From: an uncultured virus (IMG/VR IMGVR_UViG_3300031813_000014)
Lineage: Duplodnaviria; Heunggongvirae; Uroviricota; Caudoviricetes
DNA length: 64,000 nt
Virus record (IMG/VR): IMGVR_UViG_3300031813_000014
Reading direction: 5' to 3' (one strand)
The notes beneath the pieces were generated by a model, which saw only the letters and a program-made list of their open reading frames with translations, was not told the DNA's origin and did no database searches. Every line of letters begins with the position of its first letter. The first letter of the stretch is position 1. The position numbers and the translations under genes are program-made. Positions 47,794 to 57,275 of this stretch are shown here, piece by piece.

Positions 47794-48516
47794 ATGGCAC
47801 GTTCCACGTTTTCTGGCCCAGTCATATCTGGTGACCAACGCTTTGGCCCCCTCCGTAACATCGGTTACACAGTTTTAGAGCAAGACGCTTACATTGACTT
47901 CGCTGTTACCACAGGTAGCGGTACACCCGGTTATGCTGGTGGTTCTGGTCAATTCGTCAACAGCAACACAATCCCCAATTTGCCTGGTCAGCTTTATACA
48001 CCCCAAGCTGGTGTGTTTAGCGCTTCTGGCCCCACAACTGCAAATCCTCCCGCAGATACAGCTACTAACGTCTATCGTGGCGTTATCATGTATTTGCCAC
48101 AGAATTGCCAGATTTTTGACTTTATTGTTGACATGCCAACAGTAATGTCAGGTATTACAGCAACTCCTACTGGGGTAAACCTGTATATTTCTAGCGGTAT
48201 TACAGCAAACGGTGGTACTCCCACATACGCTTCTGTTGCCCTTGGAACGACAACTACAGGTTCTGCTGGTCGTCAAACCGTTACATATTCAGCAACTCAG
48301 TTGAATAACCTGTTGTCTACAACTCAAGACATCCAGAACCCCCAAGTTGGTACACAACCCGCATGGTTTTCTCAGTTGGTATTCACAGTTGGTATTGCTG
48401 CAGCATCTGGATTGACTGCTCCTACAGCAGGTCAATTTAATTTTGTCGTACGCTATGTACAACCTGATTTGAATATCGGTAACACTACAACTTACCCCTA
48501 CGGTAACTTCGATTAA
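47794..48516 (+). CDS. Putative virion structural protein
   Basis: 240 aa, MARSTFSGPV N-terminus, AAGGA RBS. Confidence 0.6.
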   Translation: MARSTFSGPVISGDQRFGPLRNIGYTVLEQDAYIDFAVTTGSGTPGYAGGSGQFVNSNTIPNLPGQLYTPQAGVFSASGPTTANPPADTATNVYRGVIMYLPQNCQIFDFIVDMPTVMSGITATPTGVNLYISSGITANGGTPTYASVALGTTTTGSAGRQTVTYSATQLNNLLSTTQDIQNPQVGTQPAWFSQLVFTVGIAAASGLTAPTAGQFNFVVRYVQPDLNIGNTTTYPYGNFD

Positions 48517-48521
48517 TTTCC

Positions 48522-48544
48522 TGGGGGCTTCGGCCCCCATCTTT
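48522..48544 (+). terminator. Terminator hairpin
   Basis: TGGGGGC-TTCG-GCCCCCA-TCTTT. Confidence 0.7.
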
Positions 48545-48563
48545 GAATTTAAAGGAGATTAAT

Positions 48564-49343
48564 ATGGCAAATGCTGCTTTATCGTCAATGACCCGCATGG
48601 GTAAATACGAGCCATTTGACTTGCAAGTTGCACGCGGGCAAGTTTATGGGCACTCAACACTGAGTCTTTTTGGGTATCAACCTTCAGTTGGTACAACTTC
48701 TATTCCCATTTGGGAAAATGCAACAACATATACCTACCCAGTTTCTGCTGCCGCAGTGACTATAGCGAGTAGTTCTGCATCTGATGTAGCACCTGCAGCC
48801 GTGCTGATTAATGGTTTGGATGCTAACTTTAACCCCATTTCAGAAGTTATTACGCTTACTGGTCAAACAGGCGTGGTAACTACAAAGTCGTATTTGCGGG
48901 TCAACAGTTTGTTTATGGTTGGCGTGGCCTCGGGTCAAACGTCAAATGTAGGTACGATTACTGCTAAAAATTCAGGCGGAACTGCGACTTACGCACAGAT
49001 TAATGCGGCTATTGGTAAAAGCCAAAGCACCATTTACACTGTTCCAGCAGGGTACAGTTTTTATTTGGATCTCGCAGAAGCTAATACTTCTAACAGCTAC
49101 ACAGGTAGTACGATCGTTACTTACAGTGTGCAGGCTACCAATAATGTAACTGGAGTTACGATTAACGTTTTGCAACAACCTTTTGTCTCTATTTATACAG
49201 TTAATAGAGCTTCTGAACCATTTGTTTATACAGAAAAAACTGATGTTCAATGGCAGTTGAAAGCTAGTACAGGCACAATTGCTGCTGGTATTGTTATTGC
49301 TGGTAAGTTGATTAAGAATTCTGCTGATGCAGGAAGCACCTAA
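48564..49343 (+). CDS. Putative virion structural protein
   Basis: ATG at 48564 after AAGGAG. Beta-rich, GLDANF...YTVPAG. Confidence 0.6.
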   Translation: MANAALSSMTRMGKYEPFDLQVARGQVYGHSTLSLFGYQPSVGTTSIPIWENATTYTYPVSAAAVTIASSSASDVAPAAVLINGLDANFNPISEVITLTGQTGVVTTKSYLRVNSLFMVGVASGQTSNVGTITAKNSGGTATYAQINAAIGKSQSTIYTVPAGYSFYLDLAEANTSNSYTGSTIVTYSVQATNNVTGVTINVLQQPFVSIYTVNRASEPFVYTEKTDVQWQLKASTGTIAAGIVIAGKLIKNSADAGST

Positions 49344-49345
49344 TC

Positions 49346-49591
49346 ATGGCAAAGTCACCAGCATGGCAACGCAAAGAAGGGAAGAATCCGAATGGCGGTC
49401 TAAACGCCAAAGGTCGTGCTTCAGCAAAGAAGGAGGGGATGAATTTAAAGCCTCCCCAACCCGAGGGCGGCTCAAGGAAAAAATCCTTTTGCGCAAGAAT
49501 GTCAGGGATGAAGGCCAAGTTGACGTCAGAAAAGACGGCAAAAGACCCGAATTCAAGGATTAACAAATCACTAAGAGCATGGAAGTGTTAA
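49346..49591 (+). CDS. Small basic protein
   Basis: AWQRKEGKNPNGGLNAKGR...RKKSFCARM...SLRAWKC. Confidence 0.7.
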   Translation: MAKSPAWQRKEGKNPNGGLNAKGRASAKKEGMNLKPPQPEGGSRKKSFCARMSGMKAKLTSEKTAKDPNSRINKSLRAWKC

Positions 49592-49837
49592 ATGGACACG
49601 ACGATGTGGAATGCAGTTCTCTCTTTGCTTGTCGCCTTGCTAGGTTGGGTGTTGAGAGAGAAATCAGCAGAATTGCAACGCGTAACTATTTTGCTAAATC
49701 GGACGAGGGAAGAGATGGCAAAAGAGTATGTGAGCAGAGCCGAAGCCCATGCCGATATAGGCAGAGTGCTGGATCGGCTGGACCGGTTGGAAGCAAAGAT
49801 TGATAGATTGATGGAGGCCCAGCATGCCCTCAACTAG
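49592..49837 (+). CDS. Small membrane-anchored coiled-coil protein (holin/spanin-like?)
   Basis: N-terminal transmembrane segment, then LDRLDRLEAKIDRL. Confidence 0.55.
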   Translation: MDTTMWNAVLSLLVALLGWVLREKSAELQRVTILLNRTREEMAKEYVSRAEAHADIGRVLDRLDRLEAKIDRLMEAQHALN

Positions 49838-50249
49838 CAAGAAGCAGCATAATTTCATGGAAGCAATTGCGCACAATGCGCAGTTTGCAAAGAAGGCTGG
49901 GGTACCCCAGTCAGTTGGTAAGGACTTTAGCGCCGCCGACAAGGGTAAAAAGTTTGGGAGCGGCGGAGTGTCCCGTCCGGATTTAGAAGGTGTTAACAAA
50001 GCCAAAACGAGACACGGCGCGATGGCTCTCTTTAAAGAAGGTGGACTTATGAAAAAGAAAATGGCTATGGGTGGCGGCGTTAAAGAAAAGAACGGCCTGA
50101 CCACAGAGAAAATGGGCGCAGTTCGCACTGGCGCTCCTAGCAAAGACGGTATTGCTGAACGCGGCAAAACCAAAGGCACAGAAGTCAAAATGAATGGCAG
50201 TACCGGCATGAAAAAAGGCGGTATGGCTATGAAAAAAATGAAAAAATAA
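49824..50249 (+). CDS. Small basic K/M/G-rich protein
   Basis: MPSTSKKQHNFM..., four [FM]xxGG motifs. Confidence 0.7.
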   Translation: MPSTSKKQHNFMEAIAHNAQFAKKAGVPQSVGKDFSAADKGKKFGSGGVSRPDLEGVNKAKTRHGAMALFKEGGLMKKKMAMGGGVKEKNGLTTEKMGAVRTGAPSKDGIAERGKTKGTEVKMNGSTGMKKGGMAMKKMKK

Positions 50250-50259
50250 GGAGAACTTT

Positions 50260-50457
50260 ATGAAGATGGATCATCCCCCACTCATGAAAGAAGAGACCCC
50301 CAAGCACATGCATCATGTGCACCATGTGGAAAAAAACCACAAGGCTGGAGGTCATGTTCATCATCACCACCACTATGGTCAGCACGCCGCTGGTCATATG
50401 AAAGAGCATGAAAAAGTTGAAAAACTTTGCGGCGGTGGAATGGGTAAATACAAATGA
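50260..50457 (+). CDS. Histidine-rich small protein
   Basis: 16 His in 65 aa, AAGGAG RBS. Confidence 0.65.
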   Translation: MKMDHPPLMKEETPKHMHHVHHVEKNHKAGGHVHHHHHYGQHAAGHMKEHEKVEKLCGGGMGKYK

Positions 50458-50720
50458 AAAAGAAAAAAATCTCTGGTGTTAGTCCAGCCCTTGTGCAAGC
50501 TATGATTGCGCGTAAAAACGCAGTAGCTCCTGCTGGTAATATGCCCGCAGAAGCACCAGCGGTTGGTCCCGCTGGAGGTCCACCTGCTGGGCCTATGCCC
50601 CAAGCTCAACCTGGTGCTGGTGGTCCACCCGCTATGCCTGGTATGAAAAAAGGTGGTTCAGCTCATTCCCGTGCTGATGGCTGTGCTGAGCGAGGTCATA
50701 CAAAAGGTACTTACCTATGA
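50454..50720 (+). CDS. Small P/G/K-rich protein
   Basis: MKKGGSA.SRADGCAERGHTKG tail, similar to DGIAERGKTKG in 49824-50249. Confidence 0.65.
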   Translation: MKKKKISGVSPALVQAMIARKNAVAPAGNMPAEAPAVGPAGGPPAGPMPQAQPGAGGPPAMPGMKKGGSAHSRADGCAERGHTKGTYL

Positions 50721-50965
50721 TGGCAAGTCGTGGCATGGGTGACATCAGCCCGTCAAAAATGCCTGGTAAAAAGACTATACATCGCAAGGATAAACCCCAA
50801 GATGTAGATATGTATAAGCGCGGCGGTGAAGTGTGGGACACACCTAACCCTGCGAAGAAACATAAAAAGCTGAACCCAGCCAAGAAAGCCGCAGCGAAAG
50901 CCGCAGCTAAACGGGCAGGGAGACCGTACCCTAACCTAATTGATAACATGAGGATGTCAAAATGA
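50717..50965 (+). CDS. Small basic protein
   Basis: SRGMGDISPSK...YKRGG...AKRAGRPYPNLIDNM. Confidence 0.65.
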   Translation: MMASRGMGDISPSKMPGKKTIHRKDKPQDVDMYKRGGEVWDTPNPAKKHKKLNPAKKAAAKAAAKRAGRPYPNLIDNMRMSK

Positions 50966-51360
50966 GTTTATTAGCCAGACTAGAAGCCGAAGCCGAGCAT
51001 TTGTATCAATTGCTTGACCATATGGCAAACTTCCAACGTATAAACTATGGTGGAGTTCAATCCAAAACACAGGCGTTGTTAGATGATGTTAAAGCACATA
51101 TGGATGCAACTAGAGCCCCAGATGCAGATCCTATGGTTCTCACCATTTATGGACCTGAAGGCGCTACTGTTAATAGCCCTATTGAGCCTGCTCCTGCTCC
51201 TGCTCCTGTGGACCCTGTACCTGCTCCTACGCCTGACGTGGTGCCTGCAGCACCAGCCGCAGTACAAGAACCTGCAGCACTTCCTGCAGCAACAGACACC
51301 ACTGCACCAGCCGCAGTACAAGAACCTGCAGCAACAGGCACCACTGCACCAGCAGCTTAA
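50962..51360 (+). CDS. Hypothetical protein with P/A-rich repetitive tail
   Basis: 30-bp direct repeat at 51250-51279 and 51304-51333. Confidence 0.6.
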   Translation: MSLLARLEAEAEHLYQLLDHMANFQRINYGGVQSKTQALLDDVKAHMDATRAPDADPMVLTIYGPEGATVNSPIEPAPAPAPVDPVPAPTPDVVPAAPAAVQEPAALPAATDTTAPAAVQEPAATGTTAPAA

Positions 51361-51363
51361 AAA

Positions 51364-52338
51364 ATGAGCTTAACACCCACGCCCGGTCAATATACCTCTG
51401 GTTCGTCTTCGTTCAATCTTCAACTGACAGAGTTGGTTGAGGAAGCATACGAGCGGGCCGGGCGTGAGTTACGCACAGGTTATGACTTGCGTACTGCAAG
51501 ACGTAGCCTCAACATTATGTTTGCTGATTGGGCCAATAGAGGCATCAACATGTGGACGATTGAACCCGGGACAATCTCCTTGGTTCAGGGTCAAAACACT
51601 TACGCGCTTCCTAGCGATACGATTGATTTGCTTGAGCATGTGATTAGGACTGGGGCAAATGTTGCTTCAACCCAAGCAGACTTAACAATTACTCGTATCA
51701 GTGTTTCTACATACGCTACTATACCTAACAAGATTCAACAAGCTCGTCCAATTCAAGTTTGGATTCAAAGATACGATGCTGCTTCAACCCCAACCGACGG
51801 GTTATTGGTGAATAATGGGGTATCAACTACCCCCGGAATTACTGCGACTGACACCACCATTCAGTTATCTGCAGTTGATATGCTCCCCGCATCTGGGTTT
51901 ATCCAGCTTGACAACGAGATTATCAACTACAGCTATATAGTAGGGACTACCCTATACAACTGTTTTAGAGGTCAAGCCAATACAACAGCCGCAGCACATA
52001 CGGCTGGCGCTGTTGCAGTTTGGGCCCAACTCCCAGCCATTACTGTTTGGCCTACTCCTGACAATGCTCAGCAGTACACATTTGCCTACTGGAGACTGCG
52101 CAGAACTCAAGACGCATCCCAGTATGGTGGCTTGGTTATGGACGTACCTTTTAGATTTATTCCTTGCATGGCAGCAGGATTGGCTTACTATATTGCTCAA
52201 AAAATTCCCGAAGGTATGCCCCGTCTGCAAATGCTCAAAGCTGAGTATAACGAGGCGTGGGGTTTGGCTAGCGATGAAGATCGAGAAAAAGCCGCTGTTA
52301 GATTTGTACCAAGACAACAGTATATTGGTGGGTCGTAA
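51364..52338 (+). CDS. Putative head-tail adaptor protein
   Basis: EEAYERAG...TARRSLN..WANRG.N.W...P.RF.PCM.AGLAYY. Confidence 0.6.
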   Translation: MSLTPTPGQYTSGSSSFNLQLTELVEEAYERAGRELRTGYDLRTARRSLNIMFADWANRGINMWTIEPGTISLVQGQNTYALPSDTIDLLEHVIRTGANVASTQADLTITRISVSTYATIPNKIQQARPIQVWIQRYDAASTPTDGLLVNNGVSTTPGITATDTTIQLSAVDMLPASGFIQLDNEIINYSYIVGTTLYNCFRGQANTTAAAHTAGAVAVWAQLPAITVWPTPDNAQQYTFAYWRLRRTQDASQYGGLVMDVPFRFIPCMAAGLAYYIAQKIPEGMPRLQMLKAEYNEAWGLASDEDREKAAVRFVPRQQYIGGS

Positions 52339-52775
52339 TGGGTAATAGATTTGCATCAGGTAAATGGGCAATCGCTGAGTGTGATCGGTGTGCGCAAAGG
52401 TATCTGTTGAAAGAACTTAGACGTGAGATCATAAAAACAAAAAATTATGATCTTTTGGTTTGCCCAGAATGTTGGGATCCTGACCATCCACAACTACAAT
52501 TGGGTATGTACCCAGTTGATGATCCTCAAGGGTTGCGTAACCCAAGACCTGATCGCAGTTATGTGGTGTCTGGTACAAGCGGATTACAGATTGATACGCA
52601 GGTTAATCCAAACGATACATCAATCCTAGGTACGGGTACGAATGAAGGCGGTAGTCGAATTTTCCAATGGGGATGGAATCCAGTTGGTGGGTCTCAACTT
52701 TTTGACCGGGCTTTGACTCCAAACAATCTCGCCTTGACCGTTTCATTGGGTACAGTTACAGTTGCTATTACTTAG
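52338..52775 (+). CDS. Hypothetical protein with CxxC...CxxC
   Basis: ECDRC...VCPECWDPDHPQL...RNPRPD. Confidence 0.65.
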   Translation: MGNRFASGKWAIAECDRCAQRYLLKELRREIIKTKNYDLLVCPECWDPDHPQLQLGMYPVDDPQGLRNPRPDRSYVVSGTSGLQIDTQVNPNDTSILGTGTNEGGSRIFQWGWNPVGGSQLFDRALTPNNLALTVSLGTVTVAIT

Positions 52776-52784
52776 GAGTAAATC

Positions 52785-52955
52785 ATGAAAAAACACGATG
52801 ACGAAGCACAAGATAAAAAGCTTTTCAATAAGCTCATCAAAAAGGAAGAGAAAAAACTCGCTCCTAAAAAGATGGCAAAGGGTGGTGTAACAGGTCAACA
52901 AATGCGTGCAGTTGGACGCAATATGGCCCGCGCCAACAATCAAAGGGGTAGATAA
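52785..52955 (+). CDS. Small basic protein (56 aa)
   Basis: Below cutoff. AGGAG RBS, MKKHDDEAQDKK...KMAKGGVTG...GRNMARANNQRGR*. Confidence 0.7.
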   Translation: MKKHDDEAQDKKLFNKLIKKEEKKLAPKKMAKGGVTGQQMRAVGRNMARANNQRGR

Positions 52956-53215
52956 TGGGTAAGTTTAGCAAAAAAATGGGCGGTAAAGAAGTTGGTCAAG
53001 CCGACGTCTATGCCAAGCCCCATACTTCAGGGGGTAAAGACCTTGAAGAAAAAGACATTGGTTTTTCTGTTGAAATGCCAACCCGTAAGAACTGGACACC
53101 TTTGAACGGTACAGTTTCTATTGGGCACATGGACAACATTGAATCAACCGGTATTGAGACTCGCGGTAACGGTGCTGCTACCAAAGGCCGCATAGCTAGA
53201 GGACCGATGGCGTGA
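52955..53215 (+). CDS. Small hypothetical protein
   Basis: C-terminal RGNGAATKG...RGPMA. Confidence 0.65.
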   Translation: MGKFSKKMGGKEVGQADVYAKPHTSGGKDLEEKDIGFSVEMPTRKNWTPLNGTVSIGHMDNIESTGIETRGNGAATKGRIARGPMA

Positions 53216-54174
53216 CTTACACTGAACTTGTAACTGCAATACAGTCGTACACTGAGAATCAGTTTCCAGTCGTCTATTTGGCGGATGGAACAACTGAGTC
53301 TACTACTTCGCAGATTAACAGGTTCATTGAGCAAGCCGAACTAGGTATTTACAACACGATTCAGTTCCCCAGTTTAAGGTCTAGCAAAATAGGTACTTTA
53401 ACTGCGGGGGTTGGGTATTTGTCTTGCCCAGATGACTTTTTGTCAGTGTATTCTTTGGCTGTATATCCAACCACAGGCCCTAATGCCAACACCTATACGT
53501 TTTTAATTAATAAAGATGTTAATTTTATACGTGAGGCTTACCCAAATACTGGGTCTCTTTACTATTCAATGCCGCAGTACTATGCGCTGTTTGGCCCCCA
53601 ATCAAATAATATTAACGAGCTTAGTTTTATTCTTGGGCCAACTCCAGATCAAGCGTACGCTACTGAGTTAAATTATTACTACTACCCGCCATCAATTATC
53701 CAAGGTAATGTGACATCTTTGAATTTGGTCACGGCGGGTTCGGGGTACGTAAATGGAACTTATTATGACGTGCCTCTCACAGGTGGTAATGGTAACTCTT
53801 GTATTGCGATTATAAAAGTAACAGCCGGTGCTGTTGCATCTGTGACAGTTACCAGCGGTGGAGCTTTGTATATTGTTGGAGATACGTTGTCCGTAGCTTC
53901 ATCATATATTGGAGCCAGCGGTTCAGGTTTTACCGCAAGTGTAATTAGTGTTGGTAATGCAACGGGTACTAGCTGGCTTGGGGATAATTTTGACTCTGTA
54001 CTTTTGTATGGTTCTTTGGTTGAAGCATACACTTTCATGAAGGGCGAACAAGATTTGCTTGCTTTGTATGAGACTAAGTACAAAGAATCCCTTATGGAAG
54101 CTAAACGTCTTGGCGATGGCCTTGAAAGACAGGATGCCTACAGGTCTGGTCAATATCGTCAACCTGTTACCTGA
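53212..54174 (+). CDS. Putative head-tail connector / tail tubular protein with inserted beta domain
   Basis: MTYTEL..AIQSYTEN...FI.QAE...GPTPD..Y...LLYGSLVEAYTFMKG. G/T/V-rich insert in the middle. Confidence 0.6.
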   Translation: MTYTELVTAIQSYTENQFPVVYLADGTTESTTSQINRFIEQAELGIYNTIQFPSLRSSKIGTLTAGVGYLSCPDDFLSVYSLAVYPTTGPNANTYTFLINKDVNFIREAYPNTGSLYYSMPQYYALFGPQSNNINELSFILGPTPDQAYATELNYYYYPPSIIQGNVTSLNLVTAGSGYVNGTYYDVPLTGGNGNSCIAIIKVTAGAVASVTVTSGGALYIVGDTLSVASSYIGASGSGFTASVISVGNATGTSWLGDNFDSVLLYGSLVEAYTFMKGEQDLLALYETKYKESLMEAKRLGDGLERQDAYRSGQYRQPVT

Positions 54175-54186
54175 TAGGAACAAACA

Positions 54187-54624
54187 ATGGCTTTTACGGG
54201 TAACTGGGTATGTAATACGTTTTTATCGGGCTTAATGAGTGGGGTGTATAACTTCAACACGGGCACGACGGAGACGTTTTACATTGCGTTGTACACCAAC
54301 GCAGCAACACTCAACCAAAACACAACAGCATATACTTCCGTAGGTGAAGTGTCTGCAACAGGCTACACAGCAGGTGGTCAGTTATTGACCATCAACCAGG
54401 TACCAGCAGTAGATGTAAATACGCAGATTGCGTATATTTCATTTGCTAACGCTGTGTGGAATGGTGCTTTCACTGCAAGGGGAGCTTTGATATACTTAAA
54501 GAATGGAACAACAAACCCAACAGTTTGCGTTCTTGACTTTGGGTCTGATAAGACTTCGAACAGTACTTTCACGGTTCAATTTCCAGCGCCGACAAGTTCA
54601 TCGGCAATCATTACAATTTCTTAA
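54187..54624 (+). CDS. Putative tail protein
   Basis: IALYT.AA...GYTAGG...ARGALIY...VLDFGSDK...FTVQFP. Confidence 0.6.
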   Translation: MAFTGNWVCNTFLSGLMSGVYNFNTGTTETFYIALYTNAATLNQNTTAYTSVGEVSATGYTAGGQLLTINQVPAVDVNTQIAYISFANAVWNGAFTARGALIYLKNGTTNPTVCVLDFGSDKTSNSTFTVQFPAPTSSSAIITIS

Positions 54625-54633
54625 GGAGCTATC

Positions 54634-55257
54634 ATGACTATCGAACATCAAGGATGCGGAGACTTTGCAGTTGCATCATATCAAGCAAATGCACAGATCG
54701 AAAATTCAGTGGGTATTGAAGGTTTTTGGACAATGACTTGTTTAGACGAAAACGGCGACGTTAAGTGGGAACAAGGGTTTGAGAACCAAGTCATGCAGGT
54801 TGGAAAAATCCTCATGATGAACACAACTTTGTATACTTCTTCAGGCTATACATTGACTGGTCCTTACCTTGGTTTGATTACTTCAAGCACAGGGTATTCA
54901 CCTACAGACACAATGGCATCGCATTCTGACTGGGTGGAGTTTACTAACTACACTTACAGTGGTTCTGCTGTTCGTGCTACGATCGCTTGGAACTCAGGTG
55001 GTTCAACAGGTAACAACAGCACCACAGCAGGTTCTAACGTTGTGACTTTGTCCAACTCTTCAGCTCCCGCCGTGTACACCATCACAGGTGCTGGTGGTAC
55101 AGTGACAGGTTGTTTCTTGGTGACGGGTTCAGGCGCTTCTAGTGCTCAAAGCTCGACCACAGGAACATTGTGGAGCGCTGGTGGATTTTCTACTGCTAAG
55201 ACTACAACAGCAGGTGACACTGTAACTGTTACATACAACACAACAGCTACATCCTGA
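54634..55257 (+). CDS. Putative tail protein
   Basis: 207 aa, beta-rich, ends GDTVTVTY. Confidence 0.6.
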   Translation: MTIEHQGCGDFAVASYQANAQIENSVGIEGFWTMTCLDENGDVKWEQGFENQVMQVGKILMMNTTLYTSSGYTLTGPYLGLITSSTGYSPTDTMASHSDWVEFTNYTYSGSAVRATIAWNSGGSTGNNSTTAGSNVVTLSNSSAPAVYTITGAGGTVTGCFLVTGSGASSAQSSTTGTLWSAGGFSTAKTTTAGDTVTVTYNTTATS

Positions 55258-55269
55258 TTGGGGTCTTGA

Positions 55270-57264
55270 ATGGCTCTTCAACTTGCCGATAGAGTCCAAG
55301 TAACCAGCTCAACGTACACAACGAGTAGTTTTACTCTTGGGTCCGCTGTTGCTGGCTATCAAAGCTTTACCGCATTAACAAGCGGAAACACAACCTATTA
55401 TGCGGCTACTGATGGTAGCGGCAATTGGGAGGTGGGACTCGGCACGTACACTACGGGCGCACTCGCGCGAACAACCATTCTTTCGTCCAGTAATTCTGGA
55501 AGCGTAGTTACATTTAGTGGAACAGTTAACGTATTTATTACATACCCTGCTGAGTACGCTATTTATACAGGTGGCCCTCTTGGTACACCCAGTTCAGGCA
55601 CGCTAACTAATGCAACGGGTTTACCCATATCAAGTGGCGTATCTGGTTTGGGTACAGGCGTAGCAACCGCGCTAGCAGTTAACACAGGTTCTAGTGGTGC
55701 GTTTGTTGTCAATGGCGGTGCTTTGGGTACACCAAGCTCTGGAACACTTACAAACGCTTCAGGATTGCCTTTAACAACAGGTGTAACTGGAACTTTGCCA
55801 ATTGCAAATGGTGGAACGGGTCAAATAACTGCTTCATCTGCTTTTAATGCTCTTTCACCAATCACCACTACGGGTGATTTGATCATTGGAAATGGTACAA
55901 ACAGTGCAACAAAACTTGGAATTGGCACTAGCACTTACGTACTTACTTCAAACGGTACAACAGCGAGTTGGCAGCCAGCTTCTAGTAGCGGTGTATCTAC
56001 TTTTTCTGCTGGGACAACAGGCTTTACCCCTAGTACTGCAACAAGTGGGGCAGTAACTCTTTCTGGTACTTTAAATACCGGAAACGGGGGTACAGGTTTA
56101 ACTACGTTTACTGCTGCAAACTATGCCCTTTATTCAACATCCAGCTCAGCTTTAACAGCAGGTACTTTACCTGTTGCAGCAGGTGGTACTGGCACAACAT
56201 CATTAACTGCAGGGTACATACCTTACGGTAATGGCACTTCACCTCATGCATCATCATCTGCATTTACCTATACATCAACAGGTTTATCTCTCACAGGATA
56301 TACGGCAAATACCGCTACCAGCGTTGGTTGGTTAAACGTTGGTAGCGGTGGGTACAGCAATTCGTTTAGCGGTCAAGTTGCATCATTTTCTGGTGGCGAC
56401 ACAGGAAACTTAAACGTAAGTTTGGTCAACACCAGCAGCGCAAATACAGCATATGCAGCTTATGCCGTGGGTAATAATAACTACGGTGCTACATACTATA
56501 TGGAGATGGGTACTAACTCGTCTGCTTATAGCTACTCAGCAGCAGGTTATCCTAATAATTCTTTTAGTTTAGCTAATGCTAACTTTATTGAATCTGGTGG
56601 TGGCGACTTAGTTATTGGTACTTGGAGCAGTAATCCAATTCATTTTTTGATTAATGGTAATACCAATACAACCGATGCAATGACTATTAATACGTCAGGG
56701 GCTTTTGCATTTAACGGGTCATATGGTAGTTCCAACCAAGCTTTGGTCTCTGCTGGTAGTGCAAGCCCTCCAACATGGACTTCAGTGCCTTTGTTAAGCG
56801 CTGCAAATACTTGGACTGCCACTCAAACATTTAGTGGATCGACAAGCACTTTTGCTTCCGTGTTACTAAACACCGCTGAGACAGTTAACGTTCAATCTGG
56901 CGCCCCAACGTCTACTGATACTTTTTACTTACAAAGCGGAAGCGTGTTGTATTTTCAAACTGCAACATCTACTTCATGGACACTCAACGTTTCTTTTAGT
57001 AGCGGTACAACTTTAAATTCTGCTTTGGCAGTTGGACAGTCAACCACTTGTGCTTTATTAATTACACAAGGTTCTGGTGGTGCAAGTTATTACCAAACGG
57101 GTTTTCAAATTGATGGAAGCACCTCTGGTGTGACAGTGTATTGGCAGGGTGGGTCTGCGCCTGCAAAAGGGTATGCGAGCGGTATTGACGTATATACTTT
57201 TACCATTATTAAAACTGCAAGTACGCCTACATATACTGTACTTGCTTCACAAACTCAGTTTTAA
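55270..57264 (+). CDS. Tail fibre protein
   Basis: MALQLADRV...WEVGLGT...VFITYPA anchor, LGTPSSGTLTN and LPIANGGTG fibre repeats. Confidence 0.8.
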   Translation: MALQLADRVQVTSSTYTTSSFTLGSAVAGYQSFTALTSGNTTYYAATDGSGNWEVGLGTYTTGALARTTILSSSNSGSVVTFSGTVNVFITYPAEYAIYTGGPLGTPSSGTLTNATGLPISSGVSGLGTGVATALAVNTGSSGAFVVNGGALGTPSSGTLTNASGLPLTTGVTGTLPIANGGTGQITASSAFNALSPITTTGDLIIGNGTNSATKLGIGTSTYVLTSNGTTASWQPASSSGVSTFSAGTTGFTPSTATSGAVTLSGTLNTGNGGTGLTTFTAANYALYSTSSSALTAGTLPVAAGGTGTTSLTAGYIPYGNGTSPHASSSAFTYTSTGLSLTGYTANTATSVGWLNVGSGGYSNSFSGQVASFSGGDTGNLNVSLVNTSSANTAYAAYAVGNNNYGATYYMEMGTNSSAYSYSAAGYPNNSFSLANANFIESGGGDLVIGTWSSNPIHFLINGNTNTTDAMTINTSGAFAFNGSYGSSNQALVSAGSASPPTWTSVPLLSAANTWTATQTFSGSTSTFASVLLNTAETVNVQSGAPTSTDTFYLQSGSVLYFQTATSTSWTLNVSFSSGTTLNSALAVGQSTTCALLITQGSGGASYYQTGFQIDGSTSGVTVYWQGGSAPAKGYASGIDVYTFTIIKTASTPTYTVLASQTQF

Positions 57265-57275
57265 AGGGTAATCGG

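Noticed and set aside
49824..52955. GG motifs as bacteriocin double-glycine leaders
   Set aside because: They are internal or C-terminal, lack the LSxxEL leader helix, and no peptidase-containing ABC transporter is present.
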